Assembly: GCF_009914755.1 (NCBI RefSeq)
Contig: NC_060937.1
Length of the DNA: 64,000 nucleotides
Source: the human T2T-CHM13v2.0 reference genome, Homo sapiens
Reading direction: 5' to 3' (one strand)
Shown here: positions 12,831 to 28,676 of the stretch, in pieces
How the letters are laid out: every line of letters begins with the position of its first letter
How positions within the stretch are numbered: position 1 is the first letter of the stretch
The notes under the pieces: generated by a model
Seen by the model: the letters and a program-made list of their open reading frames with translations, nothing else
What the model was told of the DNA's origin: nothing
Database searches by the model: none
Position numbers and translations under genes: made by a program

Positions 12831-14385
12831 ACTAAGCCTGCTCATCAGTATTTCTAGTGTAACTAGTTTTTTTATATGTAGATAAATTACATATTCAAAT
12901 ATTAATTTCTATATATTTATGAATATCTGTATAATATATATGTTTATATTTATGTAAGCACTTGTGTCTGATTACATAAATATATTATGTTTGGCAAAGA
13001 GTTATTTTAAGGAAGATTTTGAAACACCATAGAACAAAATTGGACCTGTAAGTCTATTTTTAGAAAAAAATTTTACATCATATAAAGACAGTATCAAATA
13101 TTAAAATGCCTAAAAGTGTACACACCTATAATGTTTTACGGAGTCTCAGAAGGAAAAATGAATTTAACTTTAAAAATTAACATATACTATTGACTGTCTA
13201 TATTAATATCCATATAAGGGTGCAAGACATAAGTATATAGAAAGAAAGAACAATCCAATTAACAAAGAAAACTGAAAACTTGCAAGAAGTTATGGTAATG
13301 ATTATCACATCTGTTTAGGAAATTCCAGGTGCTCGTTGGATGGTAAAACTGTTGATGAACATCAAATTTTACCATTTCTTCGTTGGAATTTAATGCGTTG
13401 TAGAAGTTTCTGTAATAAGAACTATAAAAATTCCTGAGGAATATTTAGGGAGAGTCATGGGGTTAACTGGAAAGAAAACATTAGCATCTGGTTCTACATC
13501 TTTCTGCCTCAGAAATGCTTGAGGATTTGACACTTAGAATCCTTCTTTGAACAATAGCCTCAAGGAGTCAACAGAAGTTTATTTATACTGGATCCAAGAG
13601 GAATGAAAATGTGGCTTAGGATTATCACCCTTACAGAGCATCTGTACTTCATTTTTTAAATTAACCAGAATATAATTAGTAACTGATAAATGAGATGTTT
13701 TTGTGCTGGAAAACGGCATTTTCTTTTTCTTTTCTTTCTTTTTTCTTCATATATTTGAGAAGTTGTACGGCTTACTAAAGTATAACAGTTTATGCTGTCA
13801 TAGTCTTCTCTAAAATGAGATTTTCCATGCACACTCGGCCTCTTCTTTTGTGTCCCCACATATCTTAAGTGTATATTAGGTATATCGGAGGCTGTGCCCT
13901 GAAATTGTAAGCCAGTGCCTTGTTACTTGCCTTCTTCAATTGTGTAAACCAAGTACGCTTCTGCTACACAATGCCTTTAACGTCCTATGAATGTGAATAT
14001 TAAAACAATCCAAATATGGCTAGCTTAGTCAAATGCACTGTGTCCAACCAAAGTTAACTTATAAGATTAAAATAAAGAGATGAAATAAATTATAAATTGA
14101 AAGATAGCAACCCACAGGCTATTTTTTGAGTGATGCTCTGGGCAGGAGAGGGATGTTGGAATAATAAAAATATTTTCAAGCATATTTAATGTTTTAAATT
14201 GAATGTGAATGGAATAACTAGAGTACATCACATTCATATTTCTCATAATGATCTTCATTAAACTTTCTGGAATTCATCAATAATGTATCCACTTTTATCC
14301 ACCAGCTTTACTGTTGGCATTACTGTTTTGGTAGAACTGTGAAATGGAAGAAAAATTGAACCTCCTTTTCTGAATCCTAATGTAG

Positions 14386-14734
<349 letters not shown>

Positions 14735-15129
14735 TTATTAGCCTTTTTTAATATTGCGCAGGAGAACTAAACACATTCCGATTAAATCAGTAGTGAGTAT
14801 AAAAGGTAAAAAAAAAAATCCAGCTTTTTAGAAGAAATAAAAAATAAATCAGCTATTACCCAGTCATACTAATAAAACTACTATAGTACCGTTTATTATA
14901 TTGATGAAGAATTGAGTTGGGCAGATATGAGTTAATGATATGCCACGCCTCATTTCATAGACAATAAATAACCCTAATGTGGTGGATATAGGTCATTGAA
15001 TGTTTATGCTAACTTGTGATATATATAGCTTAAAAACACTAATTCATATAGTATTGGATCTAGAGATAATGTATTTACTTATCAATTTTCACTTAAGACT
15101 AATTTTAAATATCAGCCCATATAGACTAA

Positions 15130-15470
15130 TGTTCATTTAGAATGATCCAACTACCTAATTTCTGCCAATTTGGTGGATATAAAATGGTATTTCACAGATA
15201 TTTTGCTGGTTATAAAGAGTTTGATGTCTTTGTATTCTTAGGCATTTATACTTATGTTTAGTGTACTGTCTACACTTAATCTTCATTTTCTTACTTGTTT
15301 CCATTTTAAATGTTTTGTTATGCAAAGAGTTCCCTGTCAGTTTTAGGAATTGCAAATATGTTCTTTCATATTGCCATCTATCTGCTAATTTTACTTAAGA
15401 TTTCCTTTGTTGAAAATAAATCTGCAATTTTTTATGTAATCAAACGTCTCAGTATCAACATATAAAGTGT
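15130..15470 (-). mobile_element. Ancient L1M fragment
   Basis: TGCCAATTTGGTGGATATAAAATGGTATTTCA...TTGCAAATATGTTCTTTCA. Confidence 0.6.
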
Positions 15471-15493
15471 GCTTTGAAGTATTGTTAAATTAC

Positions 15494-16115
15494 TTCAACC
15501 ATTGTTGAAAGCAGCATGGCGGTTCCTCATAGATCTAAATGCAGAATTACCATTCGACCTAACATTCCATTACCGGATATACATCCAGCGGCATATAAAT
15601 CATTCTAACATAAAGACACACCACATGAATGTTCATTGCAGATACTATCCACAATAGCAAAGATGTAGAATACACCTAAACGCCCATCGGTGAAACATTG
15701 GATAAAGAAAATGTGGTACATATACACCAGGGAGTTCTATGCAGCCTTTGAAAAAGAGATCATGTCTTTTGTGGGAATATGGACAGAGCTGGGGGCTATT
15801 ATCCTTAGCAAACTAATACAGAAATCTAAATGCTGCATGTTCTCACCTACAAGTGGGAGCTAAATGATGAGAACTAAGAACACAAAGAAGGCAACAATAG
15901 ACACTGGGCTCTACTAGAGGGTGGAAAGTGAGAGGAGGGAGAAGAGCTGAAGGGAAAACTATCGGGTAGTTAATACCTGGGCAATGAAATAATCTGTACG
16001 ACACACCTCTGTGACCCAAGTTTGCATAGGTAACAAACTTTCACATGTACCCCCAACTCTAAAATAAAAGTTCAAAAATAAATAAATAAATAAATAAATA
16101 AACAAATAAATAAAA
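15494..16115 (+). mobile_element. 5'-truncated old L1PA (L1PA15/16-like) 3' end with (AAAT)n tail
   Basis: GGATAAAGAAAATGTGGTACATATACACC, CATGTTCTCACCTACAAGTGGGAGCTAAATGATGAGAAC, ...CACATGTACCCCCAACTCTAAAATAAAAGTT. Confidence 0.92.
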
Positions 16116-16383
16116 TATTCTGCACACCTCATGGCCACAAAGACATCTGTGCACATTTTCATCCATCAGGTTTGTTTTGCCTTTCACATTTGCTTCTTAA
16201 ATATAGATTTCAGATTTCTAAATAACATAAGAAATTCAACTTAGTGTTCTTTCAAAGATTAATCACTCCTCTTTAATTCTTTTTACTGAGAAATTCTTGC
16301 CTCTTCTATTTACATTACTAACTGTTAATTAATAAATATTCTATCTATAAATAAATCTGTGCCTGAGCACATTTATCACTTGA

Positions 16384-16863
<480 letters not shown>

Positions 16864-17109
16864 TATTTCTTTGATTTTTATTGAAATGCTTATCCTTGGT
16901 TTGTTTGGGTTAGAGACATCATATACCTTTTTATGTTATTATTCGTATTTGGACATAATTTTTATTTTCTGAAGGAAGTATATTAAAATATCCAATTATA
17001 ACAGTTTATCTATCCCCATAATTTTGTCAGGTGCAAATCCATTCCAGCATGCTTATACTGATTTTTTTTATTTCTAATGTGCTATTCTTTTTCCAATAGA
17101 TAATTTCTC

Positions 17110-17494
<385 letters not shown>

Positions 17495-20400
17495 TTATTT
17501 TACATTTTTCTAGATTATAATAAAATTTCTTGTTCATATAACGATATGTGAGAATAAAACATATCTAAGTCTAATTAAAATTTAGAAATGTTTGTTTGAT
17601 TTAATGACATATTGGACTAATAGAATGGTAGACAAAAAGCAAAGTTTATTTATTTCAAGATTGGAAGAAATCAGAATAGTATAAGTATATGCATGTTTTC
17701 ATCACCCATCGTAACAATGAACAAATCATCACAAGTTCTGCCCACTACGTTTATAGTGACATTTCCTTCTCCCTTGTTATTTTGAAGCAACTGTTCCTCT
17801 CTGTCATTATAGTGCAAAAGCAGCCTTAGATAATTAATGAAGAGTGTGGCTGTAAGCTTTATGTCTAAAAACAAATGATATGAAGAATTTGACTTGTGGC
17901 CATCATTTGGCCACAATTTGGTAACTACTGGTTGAGCAAATATAAAATTTGGGCCTTTACATTACTCTCATTTAACACCCTGAACATGTTACTCCAAGGT
18001 CGAGCTTTCATGTTGCACCTGAGGTAGGAGATAAGTAATATTCCTTTTAGGTGATCTCTTTTTCTAAGACATGTTTGCACATTTTCCTGTAAACTTTAAA
18101 GCTTTTAAATTGCATTTTTGGGTGCTTACTGCCTTTTTATCATTCATAACTATTTTTGAACCCTGTAAACTTTTTCAAGGTGCCATCTCTATCAATCTTA
18201 AATCTTAGGAAATCAACACCATTATTTATTCAAATTTATTTATTCTTTTGATTTTTCTCCTCCACCTGAAAGTGCATGTTCATGAATGTTGACAGGTCCA
18301 CATATCACAGTCATTCCTGTGAACTGTGTTAAGCATTTTTAAACGTTTTCTGATCATGCTTTTCTTTTGGGAGGGATTTTGACTGTCTTTCAGTTCACTG
18401 TTAAACACATGATTGCAAAACAAACTCTATCAAGAAGATAAATAGATCCAGAAAGACATCATGGTGTACAAAGAAACTACCTGTCCTTTAGCTATAGCCA
18501 CCCAACTTTATCAACTGAACACCAAGTTCTTTGTTTTTCAACCATTATATGTTTAAAACCCAGTATTTCAAATGGATCCCTCTTTTAATTATTTAGTATG
18601 GCTTACTATTCTTGTACACTTATGATTTTGAGAATATTTACAAAACTTAGTTAACATTCCTTATCCCTTTTGTCAAAAAATTCTGCTGTAATTTACATAG
18701 GTTACCACACTTGCCATTATTTACTTCTCTTTTTTGTTGTTATTTTATATATATTGTTGTTGTACATGTATTTATTCTGTGAGTGCATTATTTTTCTGGA
18801 TAATATTTTTCTCCACACTCATAAAACTTGCCTGATAATATGAAGGGGCTGAGCAGGAAGTCTCAGGTTATGGCTCTCCTCATTATTACTATTTTTTCAT
18901 TTCTTGAGTTTCATATCAAAGAATAAAGAACTCATTGCCTCAATGGAGGGTTTTGGTCATTATTGTCTGTAGGATCATTCTGTATGTCATTTCCCAATCT
19001 CAAAGAGGTAACAATTAATTCTGTTCTTTTGGACAACCTATACACTACACTGTGCTACTTGAGGGGTTGTCCTCTGTTTTCATTTCCTCACTTTTGAGGA
19101 AGGGATGATGTATTTTCAGAAATTTCGTATTTGCTGGATTGTGTAGTCATCTGTAATTCCACACAGCTAAGTTCCCACTGCGCTAAAGTTTCTCTGTGAC
19201 CCCCTAAAGTGTACTGGGCTGACTAACATGTTTTAATTCTTCACAGTTACAAATATATTAACCAAATTAGTGCAGTGGTGGCTTTGTTAAACCATTTCCC
19301 CCTATTTTTATCTTGTCAGAAATAAGGGAGAAGCTGGTGATAAGTCAATCTTAAGTATTGAAATTTGAAACTATATATTTAAGGTAATTTTTTATGGTTT
19401 TAATCACATATTTATTTCACTTACTGGGTTATTAAAAATATAATATCAGAAAACATTATTAAAACTCAAATTTTACTATAGCACTTGCAAATTAGAAGGA
19501 AGAGAAAATCACTTTTATTTAATCTTTTTCTGTTAAAGTATTTAATCTTCAATTCTTTTCCTTGTAAATATCAGAATCATTTTTGTGTATAGATTGCTAT
19601 ACTATATGCTATAGCATTTTTTACATTCAAGACTATTTCTTGAAAGCATATTGTTTTGAAGTAGAAAACCACATCAGACTATGAATATTTTAGAATCTTA
19701 TGCCATAGCATCCTTCCTTTAGAGATGGCTATAGATATTCCATCACAACTTCCTCAAATTTAATTTAAAAAATACTAATTTAGTTTCTGAAGTGACATTT
19801 TATTGTTGATATTAACCTTAAGTACTAGCAATGTTAAAGTTTCCCACATTGTCATATATTTCTATAAATGTTTTGTGAATTGTCTCTTCAAACATTGTGT
19901 TCATTTGTATGGATATCTCAATTTCCTCACACAAAATTAAATATAATACAATGAACATATTTAATTTATCCAGTTCTTCCAAAATATTTCAAAATGTATT
20001 TTTATATATTTTTGACATTTTTAAATTGGCAAGTTTATCTTTTAGTAGTTATAAATCTCTGTTCTTTGTTTGCACATATTGTATTTTATCATGAAAATGA
20101 TAAATATTATTCCCATTCATTTTTATAAATATTCTTATTAATATTCCCATGGTATCTATGTTTTGATTTCCAAATATGTTTTTTTCAAATGAGAAAAATG
20201 TTTTGTTCTACATTTTGCAGGTCTAAATTTAGTTATTTTATTCACAAAACTACCGTGTAAAAATTGGTTTATTTTTATGTTGAGCTATGATTCATCCATT
20301 TTTTGTGTAACAACTCCTTAGAGAAAATAGTTTCTATTTCTGGACCATTTCCTTAATAATCTGTTTTTCTCTTCAGTAACAAAACACTTACAAGCGCTGC

Positions 20401-21579
20401 AGCTATTTCCAGTGATTTAATATCTCATTATGTTTCCTTTGTAAATTCTTCTCTGAGAATTTTATCTTGTTCATCTTACATGTACACTGAATAAATGGGA
20501 AAAGAGACATGGACATCATTCACTAACAAGAAAATAATGTTTATGTTATTTATTATATTTCCTTATAAAAAAAGCACCTGCAAAATTCTTGTTTACATTT
20601 GTATAATGCTTTGCATTGTTTTTCAGTAAACAATTTCTTATGCATCTTGAATCAAAACAATAAAATTTCAACATTACCAGCTTGTCATCAATTCTATCTT
20701 TCCATTTCTATATTATACATGTTTTCATTTTCTATATACCCTGGAAAAAACTTATAAAATTTACTCTTTTTGATACAACCATTTTTTTTTGATGTTGTGC
20801 CCTGCTTCCTGACACTATCATTAAATTTCTTATTGATACTATTATTAAATTTCAATGGGTTATACCTTTGAAGTGTTAAAATAACTTCTGCAAGCCTGAA
20901 ATTATTTAAAATGTCAGGTAATAACTGCAATTTTTCTTGATGGTGCTCAGTCAAAAGTAGTAAATAAAACCTTTATAAATTAATGTGTGGCATTCAAATA
21001 AAAGTCAAGAAATATATTTCCGCCTTCGGATAATATTAAAGACTATTACAATTAATATATAATTTTTATATCTAAAATAAAATTTACATTCAATATATGA
21101 ACGTATTTTGGGATGTTTTATAAACATATTCATAATTTTTACTTTACTCAAGTAGAACTATGTTAACAGTTCAAATTGTACATGTATAATGGCAGTATAA
21201 TACACAATATTAATTTAATTAGAGTTTTTCAGACTAACAGATTCAAGTTTTTATTCTAAGACATCTTGTATGTTTTCGAACAATTTTAATGTTTAATTAT
21301 ATATCACTAAACTATGATCATTAAATATAGGGTTAGTTGGTTAGATTCTCCTATATCATCCTTTGCAAATTATCTCAGGGAGAAATTTCATGAAAATTTA
21401 CTGTTTAGATAAGATAAAAACTCAATTTACTATTCTTAAAGAAAACTAAATAAAAAATTACCACTTTCTTTAAGCACATTGAGGGCAAATCTACCTGAAA
21501 CAGAGATATTAAATATATATATTTACAAAGTATAAGCAGAGTACCCAGTATTTGGCCACGATGCTGTAACATTTTATTA

Positions 21580-21581
<2 letters not shown>

Positions 21582-21617
<36 letters not shown>
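21582..21617. repeat. (AC)18 microsatellite
   Basis: Perfect dinucleotide run. Confidence 0.98.
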
Positions 21618-21618
<1 letters not shown>

Positions 21619-24256
21619 ATAATTTTTACGAGGTCTGAAAAAGAAAATACCAAGAGGCCAGAGAAGTGACTGATATACTTTTCTTTCCCCCAGTATCACT
21701 CAAAATCATGTAATTTTCTCCAAAAGCCAAGTGAAGAATATGGCAATATGGCTCTTTTGTCACTGCCAAACTGGGCTCCTAGATACTCATGACTCTTTGA
21801 AGACACAAAAAAAGTATATTCCCTTTGACAGCAGGATGCTACTACCTTCTTACTGGCCTTACTTGAAACAGCAAGATTCCATTTCATTTTGTTTATCACA
21901 AATTGATTCATGCTAATCTATCCAGTTATAAGGAGAAGTGGATAAATCAGCAATCCATTACAAATGAAAGAGGTTGTCTGGGATCTTGCGAGGTAAGAGA
22001 GCACAACATACTTATTTTTTCTACTGATCAACCTTATTTTTTAAACGTAATTTTTGTTATACTTAATATGTTTGGAAAGCATATATTACTGGAACTACAA
22101 AATATTATATATAGTTAATTTCTGACAAATAACTATATTTATGTATATTTTGTTCTATATAAAAATGTTGGCAGATGGAGAACCTTTAATTTTAAAGTAG
22201 GAGTTATCAGTTAAATCAATTATATCTCACATTAGAAATAGGGAAAAAAGATGGCAAATAAAGGAAGAAAGTTTATAAATAAGTTAAATGTGATATAGTA
22301 ATAGGCAAATAAATAATACACAAAGTTACTATTTACACATAGCATTCACCCCTAGTCAGGTTCAAACCCACAAGCTTCCTTTTCTTCCACCACAGTGAAT
22401 GACTGTATATCCTGCTGACTGCATGCTCTCATTATTTCAACTTCTACACCAGGAATTTTCTAAAAGTATATTTCCAAAATGTAAAACAATCATCAAGACA
22501 GTTTTTGTCAAATTAATATTTTCTCATATGTAAGATGGATAGAGGCAAATACCCATTGGATTCATTTCCTGTCAAGATTCTACCCATTCTTATGTCTTGA
22601 GGCAACTGATAATTTTTTTATATATCCTTTACTAAGAATCTCAAATAGAAATGCTGTTTATGTATTTTTTACAACTCTTAACAAAAGTCTTCGTACCATA
22701 ACATGTTCCTGTTGTTAAAGTCATTTATATCTACATTTTCTCCACAATGTTATAAATCCAACATGGATTAAAGCCATAATTTTACTTACCCTTTAGCCTT
22801 CAATTTCTCATGTTTTAATTATTGTTAAGTACACAAACATGTTTTGAGCAAACAAATTGTATATGAGTTTGGAATAAGGAGGAAAATGGGTAATGGTATG
22901 CTGGGAAGAAAAAGAAGAGTTAGAGAGCGTGCAAAACTATGGTACTTTTTTCAGTGTAACCTATGGCAAGTTTAAGAATGTGAGAAAATATACTAAACTT
23001 TGGAATCTCAATGTTTCCTGTTAAACAAAACACAGAAAATAAATTTCAATTACATTTTATTTTAAATTTTCTAAATTGGGATTGTCACAAACAGACCTAA
23101 ACCATGTTTTTACCAGCAAATGGTGTTGGGAAAATACTCTTGAACCTTTTATTGGACTAAACTAAGTGAGCTAAAAAGAATATGCTTTTAGGATATTTTC
23201 AATCTGAAATATCCTTGTCACTTAGCAAGTCTCATGTCTCTAAGAGACTAAAAGAATTAATAATAGTAAATTATTTTATACAAACATTTATAATACATTA
23301 GTTTATATGAACATTTAAGTCAATAACATAGAGTTCATATATATTCATATATATATATTAGCATTTAAGTCAAATAAGCCAGGAAAAATGGGAGAAATGG
23401 TTGAAAATTATTTAAGAATGTAATAACATTAAGTATCTTGTAGAGCTCATGTGATTAAAGTAGAATTTTTTGTTTAAGTAATTTTTCCCACTATTACATT
23501 TGCAAAATGAATATCTCCTAATTTTGTTTATATAAAAACTATTACTAAAAATGCTTGTTCCACCTAAGTAACAGATATTTGTTTCTGCTACATTGACCTT
23601 CACTAAAACAAACAAACAAACAAACAAAAAAAACACTTATGTTGGTTCCTTTGTATAAATGTGCTTCAAGGACAACTGATTTTCTTTACACACCTCATAA
23701 ACGTCAAAACTTCATTTGCTGAGAGCTGATGTTTTTATACGGTGTCAGGTCTCTTCTCCCCATGGGGTAACTGATGCCTTTACTGTAACCACATGAGTCA
23801 CCATTTATAATTACTGTTGCCTAAGACACTTTGTCCACTGCTGTTTCTCCACATTCCATTGCTGTGTCATGTGGTGGGAAGCTGTGCCTCACTGAGCACT
23901 TGCTGCGTTTCTCCTGCCTGCTGCGTGCTGGTGGTTTTCCCTCCTCACCTCACCATATCGCAGCTGTCATCCTGCTGTCATCTGTCTTCTGTGGGTTTCT
24001 TCCCCAGCAGCTCTGTTACAATGTGCATCGCCTCATTGCTCAGAAATCGGCTGTGATCCAAGAACTTAAATGTGGCAATCTTTATAAATAAAAGCTTTTG
24101 CCAATGCTCTTATTCATTATAAGTATATTGAAATTGTATATGCAGGGCAGAGATGAGTTTCATACCTGCCCACCTAAATGACTGCAAAACCACTAAATAA
24201 ATTTACTAAGAATTTCAATATTAATTTAAACTGGGTAGCAAAATGAATAAGGGGTC

Positions 24257-24676
24257 TCTATTAGTCTGAAATATCCAGAGAAACAGACCAATAGGATACA
24301 TGCATGTGGGTATGTGTGGGTGTGTGTCTGTGTATGTGTAAAATAAGGAAATGGCTCACATGATACGGAGGATGGCGAGTCAAAATCTGTAGCGTGGGTC
24401 AGCAGGCTTAAGAGATAAGGAGTGCAATGTGCAGTTCCAGCCTGAAGACCAGTAAGCAGAGACCAGCGAGAGCAAATAGCGTGAGGAAGCCTGCAGGTAG
24501 CCGACTGGAGAATTCTTTATTGCTCCGGGAGGCTGACATTTTGTTCTAGTGAGGCCTTCAACTGATGAGGGCCACCAACATTTTGGAGAGTAATCTGTTT
24601 TACCCAAAATTTACCTCTGTAAATGTTAATCTTATCCAAGAGCACCTTCAATGTTTATATAAAATTAACCCTCACA
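24257..24676 (-). mobile_element. MLT2 (MLT2C-like) ERVL solo LTR
   Basis: TATTAGTC...CCAGAGAAACAGACCAATAGGATA...GGCCTTCAACTGAT...AAAATTAACCCTCACA termini. Confidence 0.85.
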
Positions 24677-25421
24677 GTATGTGTTGAAGTATATTCATTT
24701 CATTTTAAATAAATTCTCTTATTTTAAATGAATCATTTTTATTATTTATTTAATCTGTTTAACTGTGTCCAGCTTGGCTATCTATACTGTTTTCATATTC
24801 AAAATTACTGTAATTAGCTGATCTGATGTTTCAATTTAAGCAATATCATACTGTAAACATTTATATATGACATGTTGTGAGCTTAGCAAACACAGTAAAG
24901 AGATTTCTTGAAATAATTTTTTTAACTGAAGGAAAAAGAAATCAGTGAGTTGCATTATGATTAATACATATTTAAACAAAATTTAGGGACTTAAGTATTA
25001 AATAGAGTTGTGATAGAAGGAAAAATATATTTGTATTATTAGGCTTCCACCAATTTCGGATTATATGGAAACACATGCAATATTAAGAGTGTAATACCCC
25101 AAAATCAAAAAGAATTGCAAAATGACATGGGGCTCAGTTGCAATTGAATGTGTGACTTCTATTTTGATTTGTAGTAAGGACTATATTTCAAAGACAAATA
25201 GATTACCAAAAAAATTCCAAGGATTAAAAAGAATAAGAAAAACTGAAAATGGATGGGAATAAATAGCAAGTGTCTTTACATATTCAAAAATATATTCTGA
25301 GCAGTTACAATGTGAAATATAGTTTTGGAGATTTAAAAGAAAACACTGCCATTCACATTCATAATGAAAACTCAGAAACCTAAACACATGTTTCAGATAT
25401 TATAAAATAAATGGAATTAAG

Positions 25422-26253
25422 CTAGGTGTACATCAATGGTGGATTGGATGAAGAAAATGTGGTACATATACACCATGGATTACTATGCAACCATAATAAA
25501 GAACAAAATCATGTTATTTGTAGCAACATGGACGCAGCCAGAGGCCATTATCCTAAGTGAATTAACACAGATACGGCAAACCAAGCACGGCATGTTCTCA
25601 CTTATAAGTGGGAGTTAAACATTGGTTACTCATTGATATGATTTTGTTCCTCATTGATATGGTTTTGTTCTGTGTCTCCACTCAAATCGCATCTTGAATT
25701 GTACTTCTGTAATTCCCATGTGTTATGGGAGGGACCCAGTGGGAGATCATTGAATCATGGGGGCACATTCTGCCATACTATTCTCGTGGTAGTGAATAAG
25801 TCTCACGAGATCTAACGGTTTGATAAGAGGAAACCCGTTTCACTTGGTTCTCATTCTCTCTCTTGCCTACTGTGTTGTAAGATGTGCCTTTCGCCTTCTG
25901 CCGTGATTGTGAGGCCTCTCCAGCCACGTGGAAGTGTAAGTCCAATTAAAATCTTTCCTGTATAATTTATCCAGTCTTGGGTATGTCTTTATCAGCAGCG
26001 TAAGAATGGACTAATACACCGAGGGACATACAAATGAGAAAAAAAGTCACTGGGGACTCCTAGAGTGGGGAGGAAGAGAGGGGTTCTTGGACTGAAAAGC
26101 TATCTATTGGGTAGTATGCTCACTACCTGGGTGATGGGATCATTTGTACTCCAAACGTCAGCAGTATAATATGCCCATGTAACAAACTTGCACATATACT
26201 CTCTGAATCCAAAATAAGTGTTGAAAAATATAATGATAAAAATAAAAATAAAA
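25422..26253 (+). mobile_element. L1PB-type 3' end, interrupted by a THE1 LTR
   Basis: WMKKMWYIYTMDYYA...KHGMFSLISGS ORF2 C-terminus (25436-25618). The 3' UTR resumes at about 26024 and ends in an A-rich tail. Confidence 0.9.
25655..26018 (+). mobile_element. THE1 (THE1B/C-like) MaLR solo LTR
   Basis: TGATATGGTTTTG...CAAATCGCATCTTGAATTGT start; AATGGACTAATACA end; 364 bp. Confidence 0.93.
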
Positions 26254-26963
26254 GGGTAGCCTTTTAAAAAACAAAAACAGCAACCAAAAAAAAAAAAAAA
26301 CCCAAATACTTTGGGGACATAAAGGTAAGACCATTTAAGTTGTGTTTTAAACATTGTACATAATTTTAATAGAGTAGTATACTGTGACTTTAGTGATGGA
26401 AGTTCCATGTGAAGTATGTATTGCTTTTAACACACATTTGCAATCCAGTAGATGGTCTATGTAAATAATAAATGCATTTAATTAGAGATTACATGTGGCC
26501 ACAAACATCATCACCATCATCACCTTATGTTGGAATTCAGGCAGCAAATTTTAAGAGAAGAAATTAGTGAAGCTAATAAAAGCATTGCTATCATCTACAA
26601 AGATATTCCAGGGGATACATCAAAAGCGGTTTGAAATATAGAGTTTGAATATATAGTCGTAAAAGGTAATGTCAGTGTCCTTACTTCTAAAATTTCTTTA
26701 TTTGTTACATGTTATTTTTATGTTATTTATTATTTATGCATTTTATTTTTAAATACTAATTCAAAATCTTTTAATTGTGTACTTATTTTAAACATATCAT
26801 TTGGCACTCGGATCCATGTTGTATCTTTAGGGTTAAAACATATTATTTTCTTAAAAATCTGTCAAGTAATGATTACAACTTCATGACTTACTTATACATA
26901 ATATATTCAGGGACTGTATTATCTTTAATATTTGTTTTTTAGAAAGTTTATTTAAGATTACAT

Positions 26964-27260
<297 letters not shown>

Positions 27261-28634
27261 AATTACACTTAGTTTTCACTGATCTGTGAAAAAGAATATG
27301 TAGCTGTTATCATAATAAATATCTTATATAACAATTTTAAATATTGCTGTAATGAAAATACTTCTTAATATATGAAATTTTGCTGAATATGTATGCTATA
27401 TTTTGACAAATTACCAAATGTTAATCAAAAACAGATATTTGATATTTTTAAATGATAAACTTTTTAGAATATATGGCTCTTTAAGTCTTGTTATAAGAGA
27501 ATTGTTAATTACTAGTATTAATTTCATTAATTGCCATTAATAAGAAATATGCTCATTTTTCTAAACTTTGTATAACTTAAGGGAAGCTCTGTAAATGCAA
27601 TAATGACCATTCATTATTGCTATTGAGAAAAGTAAGAAAAGAGCCAGAGCCTAGAAATGCACACTAAAAAAAAAAATCTGTATAGAACCAAGTGTGAGTG
27701 AAAATCTTTAAACAACATATTATCTTGGTAGTAAACTGACATCTGGATTAAGGTGCAGTATGGGGGCCCCCTGCTTCTTCACATTAGTGCACTAAATTAG
27801 CAATCAACTAGTTCATTGTGAAATCAACTGCTGTTTCCAAACAAAGGATGCCAGCATCCAGTGTCAGGGTTGCTAAGTGCCTGATTACACAAAGACAATG
27901 ATGGGCTGCCAAAGCAATCCTTTAGCCTAGCTTTAACACTAAAGCCAAGAGGCATTTGGTATGCAGAGCAGAACATAGTCAAACATGGGTAACTGAAAGA
28001 TTTAAATTAGGTTGTTTCTGTGTGGCCCCCTTTTCTTACAATCACATCCTTATGTTTTCCTTGGATATAGTAAAGGGTATGTTTGGATCTAAATAATTTT
28101 TATAGAAATAAGTAAAGAGCTACTAAAATAAACAATTGTATATCTTTATATTCATTCCATATTCATCTGACCTGAAGTGGTTTTAAGATTTATGTATATT
28201 CACCTTTATTTAACCCAATTGCTCCAACCTCCAGGCATCCCTTGTCGTAATTAAAGTCCTAACAATCACGTCACAAAAATTATGTTAGATGGTCCCAGTG
28301 AAAATCTACTTACAGCCATTTTCTTAACCAGGACTCCACACACAATGGCATGGTCCTCTCCCTGAACAGGGCCTTGATGTTAGTTATTACCCCTGGCTTT
28401 CTGAAAATAGACATGTTGACTGATCAATCAGGACAAAGCAGGAAAATGAAGGCTGTTTTCTTCCAAAAATGTCTGACATGCTTGTGTGCTTGATCACTGA
28501 ACATATTAGACTCCAATCATTCCCTAGCTTACTTAGAAGCTGTTGTCTTCAACTTGTTTTTTTCCCCATTGTTGTACCAAAAATTTCATAGACAATGTAA
28601 TAACCATAGAAATGCTTTAGACTCTCATATTTAC

Positions 28635-28676
<42 letters not shown>
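28635..28676. repeat. (AT)n followed by poly-T
   Basis: Seen directly. Confidence 0.95.

Noticed and set aside
23817-24091. Cys/Ser-rich ORFs as small proteins
   Set aside because: Non-ATG starts, composition follows the TG/CT-rich DNA, no recognisable domain.
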